Assembly (NCBI RefSeq): GCF_009914755.1
Contig: NC_060931.1
Direction: 5' to 3' (one strand)
Length of the DNA stretch: 64,000 nt
DNA from: the human T2T-CHM13v2.0 reference genome, Homo sapiens
In this document: in pieces, positions 1-18,582 of the stretch
How the letters are laid out: the number at the start of each line of letters is the position of its first letter
Numbering within the stretch: the first letter of the stretch is position 1
Position numbers and translations under genes: made by a program
The notes under the pieces: generated by a model
What the model was told of the DNA's origin: nothing
Seen by the model: the letters and a program-made list of their open reading frames with translations, nothing else
The model's database searches: none

Positions 1-1084
1 ACCAGGGCCTCCATGCTAGCGAGGAGCCCTAGTGATGCAAACACAGTCCTGATGGATGCTACCATGCCACTCAGAGAGGGAAAGAATGAATGTGTCAATG
101 CACCGCAGCAGAGACAATGCTGGGGGAGGCGGGCGGAGAAAGTCCCTACGTAATTTAATGCAGTACAACGAGGGCTTTTGGAGTTGATACCCTTCCCTTT
201 GTTAATATCAATATAATTCTCTTAGTAGAAATTCCAGTTTCTATGACAGTATGAGAATGTCTCATGGCCATGAGTCATGCTTACAGGCAAAGGGGCTTTG
301 CAACCATCTCTGATCACTCTAGCCTGGCAGTCTGCCTATGCCCTGAAATGTGCTCCACCACTCAGAGACAGAAATCATTGCCTATTCTCCAGACTGAATG
401 AACTCCTAAAGCCTTTTTTCCCATAGAGATGCTAAACTCAGAAAGGATAAGACCTAAAAGTTGGAGAAGCTGGGAGGTGGCTGGGCCCCAGCATGGTGTG
501 TGCACATGCGTTCTCTGGATGGAGGCAGAGCGGGCTCTGAGAGCAGACAGGCAGGCTCTGGAGTGGCCTTTTCAGGAAAGCCAGTGTCTCTGCTCTACTT
601 TCTGACCTTCAGGACCCACTGATTCTGGGTTCAGCGTGGGACTGAGGAATGGGTGTCCCATGAGGTTGGATATTCCCTAAGGTAGTGGGGCTGGGAGCTG
701 GGATCAGGATTAACAGGACACCATGCAAGAAAGAGAGAGGAAAGAGGGAAGAGCAGTGAGACAGAAAGAGGCACAAACTGACAGTGGGAGAGTGAAGTAC
801 AGGGTTTAGGGAGCAAAGGAGAGGCAGGAAAAGGAGAAGAACAGGGAGACTTTCTGTAGCTAGAAGGGACTTCTCTCTTCACTTCTCTAATGAGTCTGTA
901 CCCAGCAGATCAAGATTATGTAGCTCAGACCTACCATGTGTGTTGCTCAAGAAGCCATGATCACCTAGGTTACAGTTCACACTTCTTGGCCTGAAATTGA
1001 CAGCTTTTATATCAGGCTGCAAACTTTCTTCACAGCCCCCTTGCTTCTATTCTGCTACCTTATGAGACTCGCAGCAAGGCGCTT

Positions 1085-1235
1085 GGGGTAGACAGACTCC
1101 ATCTCTGATTCTACTTTCATTCTCTGAGTAACACTGGTTGAGTTCCTCATCTTCCTGAGCCTTATTTTTACTTCTTTAGACATGGACATGATAATTTCTA
1201 CTTCCTACTGTTGCTGTAAGCATTAAATGAGAAGA
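1085..1235. mobile_element. MIR fragment
   Basis: Degenerate MIR core-like sequence (ctgagcc...gataat...gttgctgtaagcattaaatgag). Confidence 0.5.
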
Positions 1236-1754
1236 AGATATAAAACCCAGGGCTGAGCCAGAAAGAATTAAGTAAGCGGTAGCTGTATCTGCTCTATAAG
1301 GGGTACCCATTTACTTTTTCTTACCCAGGCAATGCTTGTTTTTACCTTAAAGCCATTCACACTATTTCCTTCCACCTGTTTATTTGTCTGTCCCCAAAGT
1401 TCTCCACATTTCCAAATCCTCCCTTCCTTTAGTGCAAAATTCCTACATGACAACCTCCACAACTTGAGATTTTTTGATCCTCTGCTGTCTGTCAATCAGA
1501 CAATGCCTCTTGGACTCCATTACTCCATGTGTGCTGGTTTCATTTCCTCAGCAACATGGGAAGACATTTGTACAGATGGAGCCAGGTTGGTTTCTTCTTC
1601 TTTTTCCCCTTACTCCATCCTCTGCCACATGACAGATACATCAGAGATTTTAAACCTTACTTGGAGTTCATGTAAATGGCCCAGTCATTCTGATGGTCCC
1701 CAGGGGTGCTAGTTTATAGTATTAGCTCCTTTTCAGACTTACTGTGTATTAGAC

Positions 1755-1936
1755 CAGTGGTTCTCAAAATGTGGGCCATGGATCAGCAGCATCAGTATGA
1801 ACCGGAAACTTGTTAGGAAATATGGGCTCCATCCTTAACTCATGGAATCAGAAACTCTGGGGGCGGAGTCCAGCAATCTAAGTTTCAGTAAAACCCCCAA
1901 GTGAGTCTGATGCCTGCTAAAGTTTGAGAACCACTG
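1755..1936. mobile_element. MER5A-like hAT-Charlie MITE
   Basis: Terminal inverted repeats CAGTGGTTCTCAAA...TTTGAGAACCACTG, ~180 bp, internal gaatcagaaactctggg. Confidence 0.85.
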
Positions 1937-2265
1937 AGCTAAAGCTTTGTCTGTTAAAGGACTCTCACCTATGATTAAATCAGCTGAAATGGAGATCATA
2001 AGAGAGTTTTTAAAAGCACATCTGAAATGTAAAATTTTAGGTGAGAAAAGTCAACATAAGACCCTCTCATCTAAGATCATCCTAGAAGAAACAAAATGGA
2101 GAGGTGCTGTGGGCCATCAGGAAACAGCCTAAATGTCCCTGAAAGTTGAGATGCCTCAGAAATAAACCTCCAACTTTTATTTGTAGCTGGGCACAGGCCC
2201 CAATTCCACTAGTCATGGCAGTGGCCCAACTTCAACAGTGCAAATGATACAGCAATGTCCAAGAG

Positions 2266-2444
2266 CAGTGGTTCTCAAAGTGAGGTCCCCAGACCAGTGG
2301 CATCATGGGAATTGTCAGAAATGCTATTTTCAGGCTCCATTCAAAACCTACTAGTTCAGAAATTCCAGGGATGTTGCCTAGCCATTTGTATTTTAATAAA
2401 CTCTTTAGGTGATTCTGATGCAGGCTAAGGCTTGAAAACCTCTG
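2266..2444. mobile_element. Second MER5A-like MITE
   Basis: CAGTGGTTCTCAAAG...TTGAAAACCTCTG with aggtgattctgatgca inside. Confidence 0.8.
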
Positions 2445-2799
2445 TGCTAGCCACTGGGAATTCATCCTTTACGTGCACTTTTCCATTTAATTCAGACTGG
2501 ATAGTTTAAATTGTTCCCACCTTAAGATGAAGGAAATTAGGCTCAAGTTTGAGTAAGGACACTTAGCTAGTCAGTGGCCCAGTAGAAACTGGAACTCAGT
2601 TCTGTCTAACTCCAGAACCCCAGTGAGAATATGGAGGACGTATTTTGGGTATATGTGATCACTGATGGACTGAGTAGTTAAAAATGTATGTGGGAGAACT
2701 TCAGGGCAGGATGAAGAAGGAAAGTTAGAGAAAGGCAAATAGAGCAGTCTCTGCTATTTTAATGGATGATATTCAAGCCTGGGATCTGTAGCAAGTTAA

Positions 2800-3243
<444 letters not shown>

Positions 3244-5597
3244 TAATATTTGATTTGTATTCAGCTCCTTTGACTTCCTTCTCAGTATCTCCCTGTGAGT
3301 TATTTTCCCCTTACCTAGCCACTGTCCTGATGGAAAACCTTTACCTCTGAGAGAGGAATGACAGCTCCAGACCAATGGGGTGCATGTTTTACTGAGGGGA
3401 CTTTCAGCCCTTTCAGATCACACAGGATAAGACAGTTATCTACCCTCTCTGAGAACAGAGCTTGCTGCTATAGCAGCCCTGGGTCTTGTGGTTTCCTTTC
3501 ACACACTGAAGTTATTTTTCACACTTCACAAAACACCTAGAAACCAAATGCCTCTCAACACTCAGGGAGATGAAACTCAGGAAGGACAGCAAGTGAAAAT
3601 GAAAAGATATTATGGGAGAGTTTTTGGAGAGGAAATGGGGTAGGGGCTGACAGGGTTATGAGCAAAGGAAACAGAATGGGCTGGTGACCCAGTGGGTTCA
3701 CCTCAAAGTTTACAGCCAGGGTTCCTCTATGCTCTCTTTGACTCACTTGTTCTGTTTCCATGCACTGAGAGGGTGCAGTTCGTGGGAGGCAGAGCAAGTG
3801 GAGGAGGACCACAATTAAAGCGACCAAAATTCAGATTATGTAAAGCCTGATGAGGGAGAAGGTTTTGAATTCATAATTCACACAGCCCACAATTACACAT
3901 ATCTGACTGTGACATACCTAGATTCAAGCCTGGAGTGTTTTTCCATTTTCCATAATAAAACATTCAGGATCCAAACTTAATTATGAGTTTCTGTAAAAAA
4001 TCATCTGCTAAAATCTCCAGCCTCATTTCTACACAATGTGACTTCCCACCTTGAGGATCTAGCCATCCTTGGCTTTCTTTGATTAACTGAGAGTTCCATG
4101 TCTTCACTTACCTTGGAATATGCTTTATCTTCTTCCTGGAAATACTTCTAATCTCTTTCCCTAACTTCTACTCACTATTCAATTTCAGCTTAAACAATGT
4201 TGATTTTTCTAAGAAGTCTTTTCCAACTACTCCTACTATTAGTTTAGCAGATCCTTCTATGCACTCTTAAAACATCCTAGTGTTCTCCTTAATAACATTC
4301 ATTATCCTACTGTTTTTGTTAACTGTCATGTTTGCCTGAGAAAGGAGGTAGTGATAGGGAAAAGGTGGTGATGGTAAAAATAGAAGAGGGAGGTTTTATA
4401 GGATGGCACAGAAGAAAATAAAATATTTGATTGGTTACAGTTATACAGTTACCTTATTTGGTCTACCCTGTTGTAAAGTCCATAGTTTTGTTTGCTGGCT
4501 ACTTCTAATTAGTTGAGCTTAAGTTCTGCTTTTATTTAATATTAAACATTTACAAGAAATAGCTCAAATTAAGACTTGCTTATCTTTGCAAATCAAGCAA
4601 GGTTGAGGTCATTTGTAAGGCCTAACTGCTTTTGTCTGCTCAGGTATTCTCCGGGTCTGGTCTCCATTTTAATTTACTTTAACAAAAAGAGACGAGACCC
4701 TCAAACCAGGTCCAGCTAGAACTAGCACAATTGAAGACAGAATTGCTCTGTCTTAGAAATGGATAAGATTACTTAGGAATATCAAGGCAAAAATCCTGAA
4801 TTAGCTATTAACAAATAGAATCAAGCAACACCTTGTGTGATTAAGATTTGTCTAAGTATGCAAAGAAGTCAATATTAGGAAATACTAGGAAATATTTTTA
4901 TACAATTTAATGTATTACAAAGCTATGGAGCAACATAATCTGATCACCTCCTTAGCTGTTGAAAAGTAATTTGGTAAAATTAAATGTCTAATAATTGGTT
5001 CTTTTTCCCCATAAGAAAATTTTCCATCTCAACCTCAAAGTCTGCATCTAGTTTAATGGTAAACATTGAGATATTGCCACAAAAGTTAAGAACAAGCTAA
5101 GGAAGCCTACTATCATTGTGATTACTTATTTAACATTCTCTTAGATACTAGCCACAATAAATTAACAGTGAAAGAAATTAGAAGTTGTTTTATAAAAAAT
5201 TCAAAAAAAGAAGATAAATTATCATTTTTGGCCCCATAAAGAACTTTTACAAATCAATATCAAAATTATTCCCATCAGAATTGAAACATGGGCAATAAAT
5301 ATGTAAGAGATATCAATAAAAAATATAGTTCTTTCTTTAATAAATAGACATATGACAAATGACTCAATCATATTCCCATTGAGTAATGTATATGAAAATC
5401 ACACTAACATCATCTTTCACCTATCAGTTTGGCAAAGATAAAATTATGAGAAATCAATATGGGAAACTAATAAAATGCTGGTGAAACTAATTTGACTAAA
5501 ATTTTTATTGTAAGCAATTCAGTAATATCTTTCAAAATTACAAATGCATGTACCAATTGTATAGCAATTCTCCTTGTAGGAACCCACTCAGGTGATT

Positions 5598-5830
5598 TGA
5601 TTATCTGTTGCTGCATAAGAAACTACTCCAAAACTCAGTGGCTTAAAACAACGTGTTTTTGTGTGTCAAGAATTTGGGCAGAGCACACTGGGTACAACTT
5701 GACTTCACTCCTTGCAGACTGGGCCTCAGTTGGAGTGGCTCAAATGGCTCTAGATGGGGTGGGGGACAGATCAATGAGGGCCACATGTGGGAGCCTCTCG
5801 TTGTCAACTGTGTCCCTAGCTTCTTCTCCA
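5598..5830. mobile_element. MLT1-type MaLR LTR fragment
   Basis: ttatctgttgctgcataagaaactactccaaaactcagtggcttaaaaca resembles an MLT1 terminus. Confidence 0.55.
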
Positions 5831-6954
5831 CGTTGCACCTGCTGAGCCTAGAATATCCCAAATCGCTTCTACCCTCCTTCACCAAGGTAACAGACTCTTT
5901 TCCTGGTGGTTTTACTTTCCCAGGTTTATCATAGAATTGTAAAGTCAACAGAACTTAAAGGTACTATTGGTCAGCTTTATTCCCTGTTTGACTCATAATA
6001 GCCAGGAAAACAGATTGTGTGTGAGAAGCAGGTTCTCAGATGCTCAGAGATCTTTATAAAGCCCTGACTCACCCACAACTCTTTGCCTTCATGGCCTGCT
6101 GAGTCTTTTACAATGCCACCCCATTACATCTCACAGTAGAGGAATCCCTTGCTCCGAATGTCATACATCCCAAAAAAAGTTACATAGCAAAATTCCACAA
6201 TAGGGGTTCTATATTTCATCATTTAAAGGGGAAAAGCTGCAGTACATTTCTAGCCCATCCAAAAACCCCAACAATTTCCTCCAGATATCACTAAAACACT
6301 TTTAAACAATCAAAGCAATATAATAAAAATCACCAATGATTTCTGCAAAATGTAAGGCCATTAAATGCCAATCAGCTAATTGTTTAGCTGATTATTTGCC
6401 AGTGATTTAACACTACACTCATATCTGTCTGCAGTAAGCAATGATATAAATGCAAACATTCTTTTCTACTACACTTCTACAAGCATTCAGAAAAATTGAT
6501 TAAATACAAAAATAGGTTCATATAGATAACAAAATCAAATTTCACTCACAAATTTAGAAAAGGATTATTTACTAATTAGAATTGCCTAAATGAGGTTTAG
6601 AGGAGAGGAGAGGGAGACCGGAGTCCTCACGGTGGCTGTTCAGCGGGGTGAGTGTGTGGGATGAGCTGATAAAGGAGGAGGTGGAATTGTTCACTCCTGG
6701 GGTTTGTCCATATCCAGTTCCAAGGGACTGGGAACTGTCTTTATGGCATTTGACCCTCCAGAAGGAGATGACTGTGGCCTGTTGTCTGAAATCATAGTCA
6801 AAGCAATGTGATGGGAAAAACTCAAAATGGCCATGTCTTTGTGTTTCCTCTGCTTGAAAGCATACGGACCCCTGGGTAATAATGTAACACTGTGCTTGAG
6901 ATTGCATCATATAGTGGAATGCTTCTGTTGATGACTTTTGTATGATTTTAAAGT

Positions 6955-7885
6955 TTCTTTTATTATTATTATTATACTTTAAATTCTGGGATACATGTGC
7001 ACAACGTGCAGGTTTGTCACATAGGTATACACGTGCCATGCTGATTTGCTGCACCCATCAACCCGTCATCTACATTAGGTACTTCTCCTAATGCTATCCC
7101 TCCCCTAGCCCCCCACCCCGCAACAGGCCCCAGTGTGTGATGTTCCCCTCCCTGTGGCCATGTGTTCTCTTTGTTCAACTCCCACTTATGAGTGAGAACA
7201 TGCGGGGTTTGGTTTTCTATTCCTGTGTCAGTTTGCTGAGAATGATTATTTCCAGCTTCATCAACATCCCTGTAAAGAGCATGAACTCATCCTTTTTATG
7301 GCTGTATAGTATTCCGTGGTGTATATGTGCTGCATTTTCTTTATCCAGTCTATTATTGATGGGCATTTGTGTTGGTTCCAAGTCTTTGCTATTGTGAACA
7401 AAGCTGCAATAAACATGTGTGTGCATGTGTCTTTATAGTAGAAAGATTTATAATCCTTTGGGTATATACCCAGTAATGGGATTGCTGGGTCAAATGATAT
7501 TTCTGGTTCTAGATCCTTGAGGAATCGCTACACTGTCTTCCACAATGATTGAACTAATTTACACTTGCACCAACAGTGTAAAAGCGTTCCTATTTCTCCA
7601 CATCCTCTCCAGCATCTGTTGTTTCCTGACTTTTTAATGATCATCATTCTAACTGGCGTGAGATGGCATCTCATTGTGGCTTTGATTTGCATTTCTCTAA
7701 TGACCAGTGATGATGAGCTTTTTTTCATGTTTGTTGGCTGCATAAATGTCTTATTTTGAGAAGTGTTTGTTCATATCCTTTGCCCACTTTTTGATGGGGT
7801 TGTTTTTTTCTTGTAAATTTGTTTAAGTTCTTTGTAGATTCTGGGTATTAGCCCTTTCTCAGATGGATAGATTGCAAAAATTTTT
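6955..7885 (-). mobile_element. 5'-truncated L1PA 3' end (~0.9 kb, older primate subfamily)
   Basis: Poly-T/(TTA)n tail, L1 3'UTR and ORF2 C-terminal peptides ([18 protein letters not shown]) on the minus strand. Confidence 0.93.
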
Positions 7886-8590
7886 AAATTCAAAAATGTA
7901 CTCAATTAATCTTTAAGATTATTCTGCAAGATTGACTCCTTCTTGCAACTCTGAGCATTGGTTTGAACTGAATTCTCTGGCAGTAAGTCCTTTGCTATGT
8001 AAGGCTCATAGCTCTTCACATTCTTCACTGTACATGTCACCAATTCAGACCTCTTCAAAAAGATCCAAAAAAAAAAAGGATCCAAGAAGGGTTTTTCTGT
8101 TGGTGATGTTGGTGTTGGTGTTGTTATTGTGTTGCTTTGCAGTCATCACTTCATGAAACTTTGGAAATCAGCAATAAATTGTCCCTTTCTCATAGAAGAA
8201 CTTTCACTTAATAATGTGGAGAAAATGATTCCAACAATTAAAAACCAATTTAGACAACGTGGGAACAAGACAGGATCTTGTCAGGAAACAACTGAGATAT
8301 GACTGCAGTTTACTTCACTTTCACCCTACAGACTCAAGGGCAATATCCATGTTTTACTGGTGTACACAACCAGATTTGCTTCAGTGGAGTTTCAATTCAA
8401 ATAATGAATTTTGGGTGAAATCAATTGAAAGTTATTTATGGCAAATATTTAAATTTGGGGAGTTTAAATAGTGAGGGAGAGCTTGAAGTTAAACATCTCC
8501 TGAATTCTTAATTATTCCAAAATATAATGATGAATTGAAAACTGCCTAGTAAGTCAGGAAGCTAAACAAGCCTAAAAGAAGTCACTGCAA

Positions 8591-9922
8591 TTTTTTTTTT
8601 TTTACGAAATTTTCCTGGACTAAATTCTTTTTCTTTTCGTTTTTTATTATTATTATTGTACTCTAAGTTTTACAGTACATGTGCACAACGTGCAGGTTTG
8701 TTACATAAGTATACATATGCCATGTTGGTGTGCTGCACCCATTAACTCATCATTTAGCATTAAGTATATCACCTAATGCCATCCCTCCCCCCTTCCCCCA
8801 CCCCACATCAGTCTCCGGTGTGTGATGTTCCCCTTCCTGTGTCCATGTGTTCTCATTCTTCAATTCCCACCTCTAAGTGAGAACATGCGGTGTTTGGTTT
8901 TTTGTCCTTGCAATAGTTTGCTGAGAATGATGGTTTCCAGCTTCATCCATGTCCCTACAAAGGACATGAACTCATCATTTTTTATGGCTGCATAGTATTC
9001 CATGGTGTATATGTGCCACATTTTCTTAAAGGACCAGTCTATCATTGCTGGACATTTGGGTTCGTTCCAAGTTTTGCTATTGTGAATAGTGCTGCAATAA
9101 ACATACGTGTGCATGTGTCTTTATAGCAGCATGATTTATAATACTTTGGGTATATACCCAGTAATGGGATGGCTGGGTCAAATGGCATTTCTAGTTCTAG
9201 ATACCTGAGGAGTCGCCACATTGACTTCCACAATGGTTGAACTAGTTTACAGTCCCACCAACAGTGTAAAAGGGTTCCTATTTCTCCACATCCTCTCCAG
9301 CACCTGTTGTTTCCTGACTTTTTAATGATCGCCATTCTAACTGGTGTGAGATGGTATCTCATTGTGGTTTTGATTTGCATTTCTCTGATGGCCAGTGATG
9401 ATGAGCATTTTTTCATGTGTTTTTTGGCTGCATAAATGCCTTCTTTTGAGAAGTGTCTGTTCATATCCTTCGCCCACTTTTTGACGGGGTTGTTTGTTTT
9501 TTTCTTGTAAATTTGTTTGAGTTCATTGTGGATTCTGGATATTAGCCCTTTGTCAGATGAGTAGGTTGCAAAAATTTTCTCCCATTCTGTAGGTTGCCTG
9601 TTCACTCTGATGGTAGTTTCTTTTGCTGTGCAGAAGCTCTTTAGTTTAATTAGATCCCATTTGTCAATTTTGGCTTTTGTTGCCATTGCTTTTGGTGTTT
9701 TAGACATGAAGTCCTTGCCCATGCCTATTTCCTGAATGGTATTGCCTATGTTTTCTTTTAGGATTTTTATGGTTTTAGGTCTAGCATGTAAGTCTTTAAT
9801 CCATCTTGAATTAATTTTTTATAAGGTGTAAGGAAGGGATCCAGTTTCAGCTTTCTACATATGGCTAGCCAGTTTTCCCAGTGCCATTTATTAAATAGGG
9901 AATCCTTTCCCCATTGCCTGTT
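8591..9922 (-). mobile_element. 3' half (~1.3 kb) of an L1PA4-like element, with a double poly(A) tail
   Basis: ORF2 C-terminus (ORF 9042-9722) and 3'UTR. A-rich tail at ~8628-8657, then ~24 nt of unique sequence, then T13 at 8591-8603. L1 homology stops at ...gcaatggggaaag. Confidence 0.95.
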
Positions 9923-10779
9923 GGCCACCATAGCTTCAAGTCAACACTGCAAGGTCTACTGGGTATTGGAGCATGCATTAAACACCTTTGGTCTTTCTTC
10001 TATTTGTGTTTTCACTGGGTAATGAGGTTCTCACGGGCACCACCTTTGGCTCCACTGGATGTTCATCCCTTCCTTCCTGGGTTTCTTATTTTGCAAATGG
10101 TGCCATAATCTGTCCAGTTGTCCATGCCAGAAGCCTTGACTCTTTCTTCCAATAAATAATAAAAGAGTTGTGTATTATAAAGGCTTCATATCTCTCTGGA
10201 GCATCCACTTTTTTTTTTCCTTATCTCTACTTGAGTTATGGTCACCATCATTTCTGGACTGGATTGTTGCAACTGCTTCTTTGGATTGAACCTGTTTCAA
10301 GGCTTGCTTCTCTCAAATTACCTTTCACACTGCAACCATAATGCTATATATTTATAAGACAAATATAATTGTGAGATGATGTCAGTGGGAATAGCAGAAT
10401 AATGCCCTCCAAAAATCTCCACAAAAATAGAGAACACTGTCAAAAAATAGTCAGAATCAACTCTTTGTTTTTTGTTTTTGTTTTTATTTTTGTTTTTCAG
10501 AACTCTGTGTATCAACCCAACGCTTGAAGTAATATAGAGAGTGTTCATTCAAGAAAAATAGTAAGAATAGTGAGTTCTGTCATGTTTCAACCTGCCCCTT
10601 TCTCATTACCCCCACTCTGCAGTAACCTTGAAAACCAAAAAACTAAAATCACTATGAAAACTAGCAGCCTGGAAGCCACTGAAGGCAGCTGAATGGAGTT
10701 AGAGCCCCTTAAAAGTCCCATTTCTAAAACAATGTCATTATTTGACCTGTCTAGTGGTGCCCTGGGAGATCCCACTTAC

Positions 10780-11062
10780 AACTCAGGAATGGAAAACCAA
10801 ATAGTGTATTTTCTCATTTCTTAGTGGGAGCTAAGCTATGCGGATGCAAAGGCATGAGACCGATATAATGGACAGAGGAACTGGGAGGGGGGAAGATTGG
10901 GAGGGGGATGAAGGATAAAAGATGATACATTGGGTCCTGTGTACTCTGCTTGGGTGATGGGTGCACTAAAATCTCAGAGAACACCACTACATAACTAATC
11001 CATGTAACCAAAAACCACCTGTACCCCAAAAACTATTGAAATAAAAATAAAAATTTAAAAAG
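10780..11062 (+). mobile_element. Old L1 (L1MA/L1PB-type) 3' end
   Basis: caggaatggaaaacca...catgtaaccaaaaaccacctgtacccc...aataaaa 3'UTR signature. Confidence 0.75.
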
Positions 11063-11449
11063 GAACAAGGTAATGAAAAAGAATAAATATAGTACTAGTT
11101 TAAAAGAAAGAAAAATCCTGAAATCTTCCCCACTGTTTCTAAGAGTCCTCTTTTTCCTCAGCCTTTTCTTTACCTCCTCAGTCCTACAGAATTATGCACT
11201 GTTTCTTTGTTGGTGCAAGACTCCAAAAGCCTAAAATGTGGTGTTTTTACTGTTACTTAAAAAAAAAAAAAACACCCTGGTATTCACACACACAATTATT
11301 CCTATTTGACTTTTCCTTTACTGTTGTTTCAGTTTCAGGAACTTTTACTGAAGATTCTGCAGAGAACATGCAGAGTCAGCATGCAGCCTTCCTTCCTGAT
11401 TTTGATCACTCTTCCTTTTGCTCCTTCCTCTTTTAAAAAAATGTAAGAT

Positions 11450-12860
11450 GCTTTTATTGGTGTCTTTGAGAGTCTGTTCTTTAGTGGATAATAATATCTC
11501 TGTTTTAGTCTGTCAAGCTTTGGTTAAAAAAACTCATTCCTACCCCCTTCCACATTATATTGAAAGGTGGAAAAAGTCCATTTAATAAACATTTAAAAAC
11601 CCCATATATTCAGAACATTGGATGCATTATAAATGATCATCAAGTGTGGGCGTAAGAATGTTTAGAGTACCCCATCAGGTTTAAAGAGAAGATATATTTA
11701 CACTGATTTCTGGCATGCAATTTATGTTCTTTAAATATCTAAAAGACTCATTTCTAAATCTTCTAGCTCCTGGAGAAGGGCTGTCTCTTTTTGAATTTTC
11801 TACAGCTGCTTTTTTTCCCAGCTGTTTGCCAGTTGCTGCTTGTTATTTCAGTTGTTTGATTGTTTTCAGTTTCTTAGGTTCTCATGTTTTCCCCGCTATC
11901 TTAAAATCTCTTCATGTTGGCTGAGAGAACAAATTTTGGGGTGTGTTTCCTGTTTTGCAGTGACTGGCTTCATGCTTCCTTTGTTCTTAGGGGATGTTTT
12001 GGGAAATGGCTTGTTATTTGCCCTTGTAGTTTCATATTCTCTGCGGCCCCTCCTCATGCAGCTTAAGATCAACGACTTGTTCATTTCTTCTAAGTGGAGT
12101 TCTAAAAGTCATTGCAATATTGGCTCCTCACAGGGTACTTAGAACTGCTTGATAAGTTATTGATCTTATTGGAAATACTATGTCCAGAATTTTTCACTAA
12201 GGATTTCTGCATTTGATGGCGTGATATTCTTGTGCAGGATAGAGCTAGTATAATGGAAAATCTCGCACCCATTATTAACACATAACCTGGGGGCACATGT
12301 AGTAGTTGTTGCAAGACAGGTTCAGTATGCAAGTATCAGTCATGTATTACACCATATTAATAGAATGAAGGACAAAAATTGCATGATCATCTCACTGGAT
12401 GCAGAAAAAACATTGTACAGCTCTTTATCTGGGCACCAAGCAAAGTATGTAAAATTTGAAGCCATAGGTTTGGAAATAAGTTTGTGGTTTTTAACACCCC
12501 ACAATTTGTCCCCTTGATTTCCAAACCCCTGCAGTAGTAATATGTATGAATACAGTGGTAATGTGTATGAAGGCTATAGTAGACTGTATTACAAGAGCCA
12601 GTTCCAAAGTCAAGTTTACAATCACACAGCAAGTAGAGAATTGCTGCTTTGACAAGAGTTTTCCTAGAGGGCCCAACTCATTATAAATGGGATCACTCTT
12701 CAGTATTTACATTATAGCATTTTATTTGTTGCAATATAGAAACATGTTTGTTATTGACAGTAGAAAACTATGGTTTTGTCAACATCTGCACTACCTATTA
12801 CCAACTCACCAGTAGCTTTTAGATTGTATTTTAGTTCTCACTACTAATGTTACTTTGCCT
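11450..12860 (-). pseudogene. Decayed, 5'-truncated processed pseudogene of EIF2A (eIF2A WD/beta-propeller initiation factor)
   Basis: Minus-strand translations match human EIF2A in order with no introns: LVIGSADVDKT (~LVIASTDVDKT), CDCKLDFGTGSCNTVYYSLH (~CDPVFDFGTGPRNAAYYSPH), KLISKPMASNFTYFAWCPD, TATCAPRLCVNNG..HYTSSILHK, NNKPFPKTSPKN, AATGKQL..KIQKETALLQELEDLE. Many frameshifts and stops. Minus-strand AATAAA at 11453-11458. Confidence 0.88.
12318..12415 (+). mobile_element. Short old L1 ORF2 fragment interrupting the EIF2A pseudogene
   Basis: catattaatagaatgaaggacaaaaattgcatgatcatctcactggatgcagaaaaa matches the L1 RT region. EIF2A homology resumes on both sides. Confidence 0.7.
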
Positions 12861-13282
12861 CAAACCAGGAAACAGGCACCATCTTGGAAGCAAGGAGTAA
12901 GCCTTTACCAGGCACAGAATCTATTGTAAGATACTATTTGTAGAATAATATATTCAGTGAAAATATATTTCAAAATGAGACATTAAGGTTGAAAAAGACA
13001 TTAAGGTTGAAAAAGAAGGAGTTGCTGTGAATATAATCACACTTCAAGATAAGAAAATTTTCCTTCCTTCCTTCCTTCTTTCTTTCTTTCTCTTCTTTTT
13101 CTTCTTTCTTTTTTTCACATTTATTCCCCTTTTATTAACTGATTTGAAAGGCAACTTTAAAAAACAATGTGTATATTATTGTATTGTAGAATCTATAACA
13201 TAGAAAAATATAATGTTTACTATTAAAAGCACAGAGAAGGTGATGGGAATAAAGCTATATTGGAGGAAGAAAATGACAAGAT

Positions 13283-18202
<4,920 letters not shown>

Positions 18203-18384
18203 TCACCGCAATTTTTAAATTCACAGTAACAAGCCTCCCCTCCCCATGTTTTGGAATTTTGGGATGTTAAATCCACTTGTTCCTTTTGTTTTGCAATTTC
18301 TCATCATATCTTTACCTGTGCACCCCCTCCTTTTACATACACAATGTTTTGTATCATCTTATTGAGAATGATATACTCTATAAT

Positions 18385-18582
18385 TGCACTGTTCAAAACG
18401 GTAACCACTAGCCACATGTGGCCGTTTAATTATATGATTTAAAATTAAAATGTAAAATTCAGTTTCTCCATCACATTGGCCACCTTGCTAGTGCTCAACA
18501 GCCACATGTGCTAGTGGCTGCCATATTGGACAGGGCAGACAGTAAACATGTCCATCACAGAATTCTCTATTGAACAGTACTG
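18385..18582. mobile_element. MER3/MER33-like hAT-Charlie element
   Basis: Inverted-repeat-rich ccactagccacatgtggc ... gccacatgtgctagtggctgccatattggacag, ending tattgaacagtactg. Confidence 0.7.
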
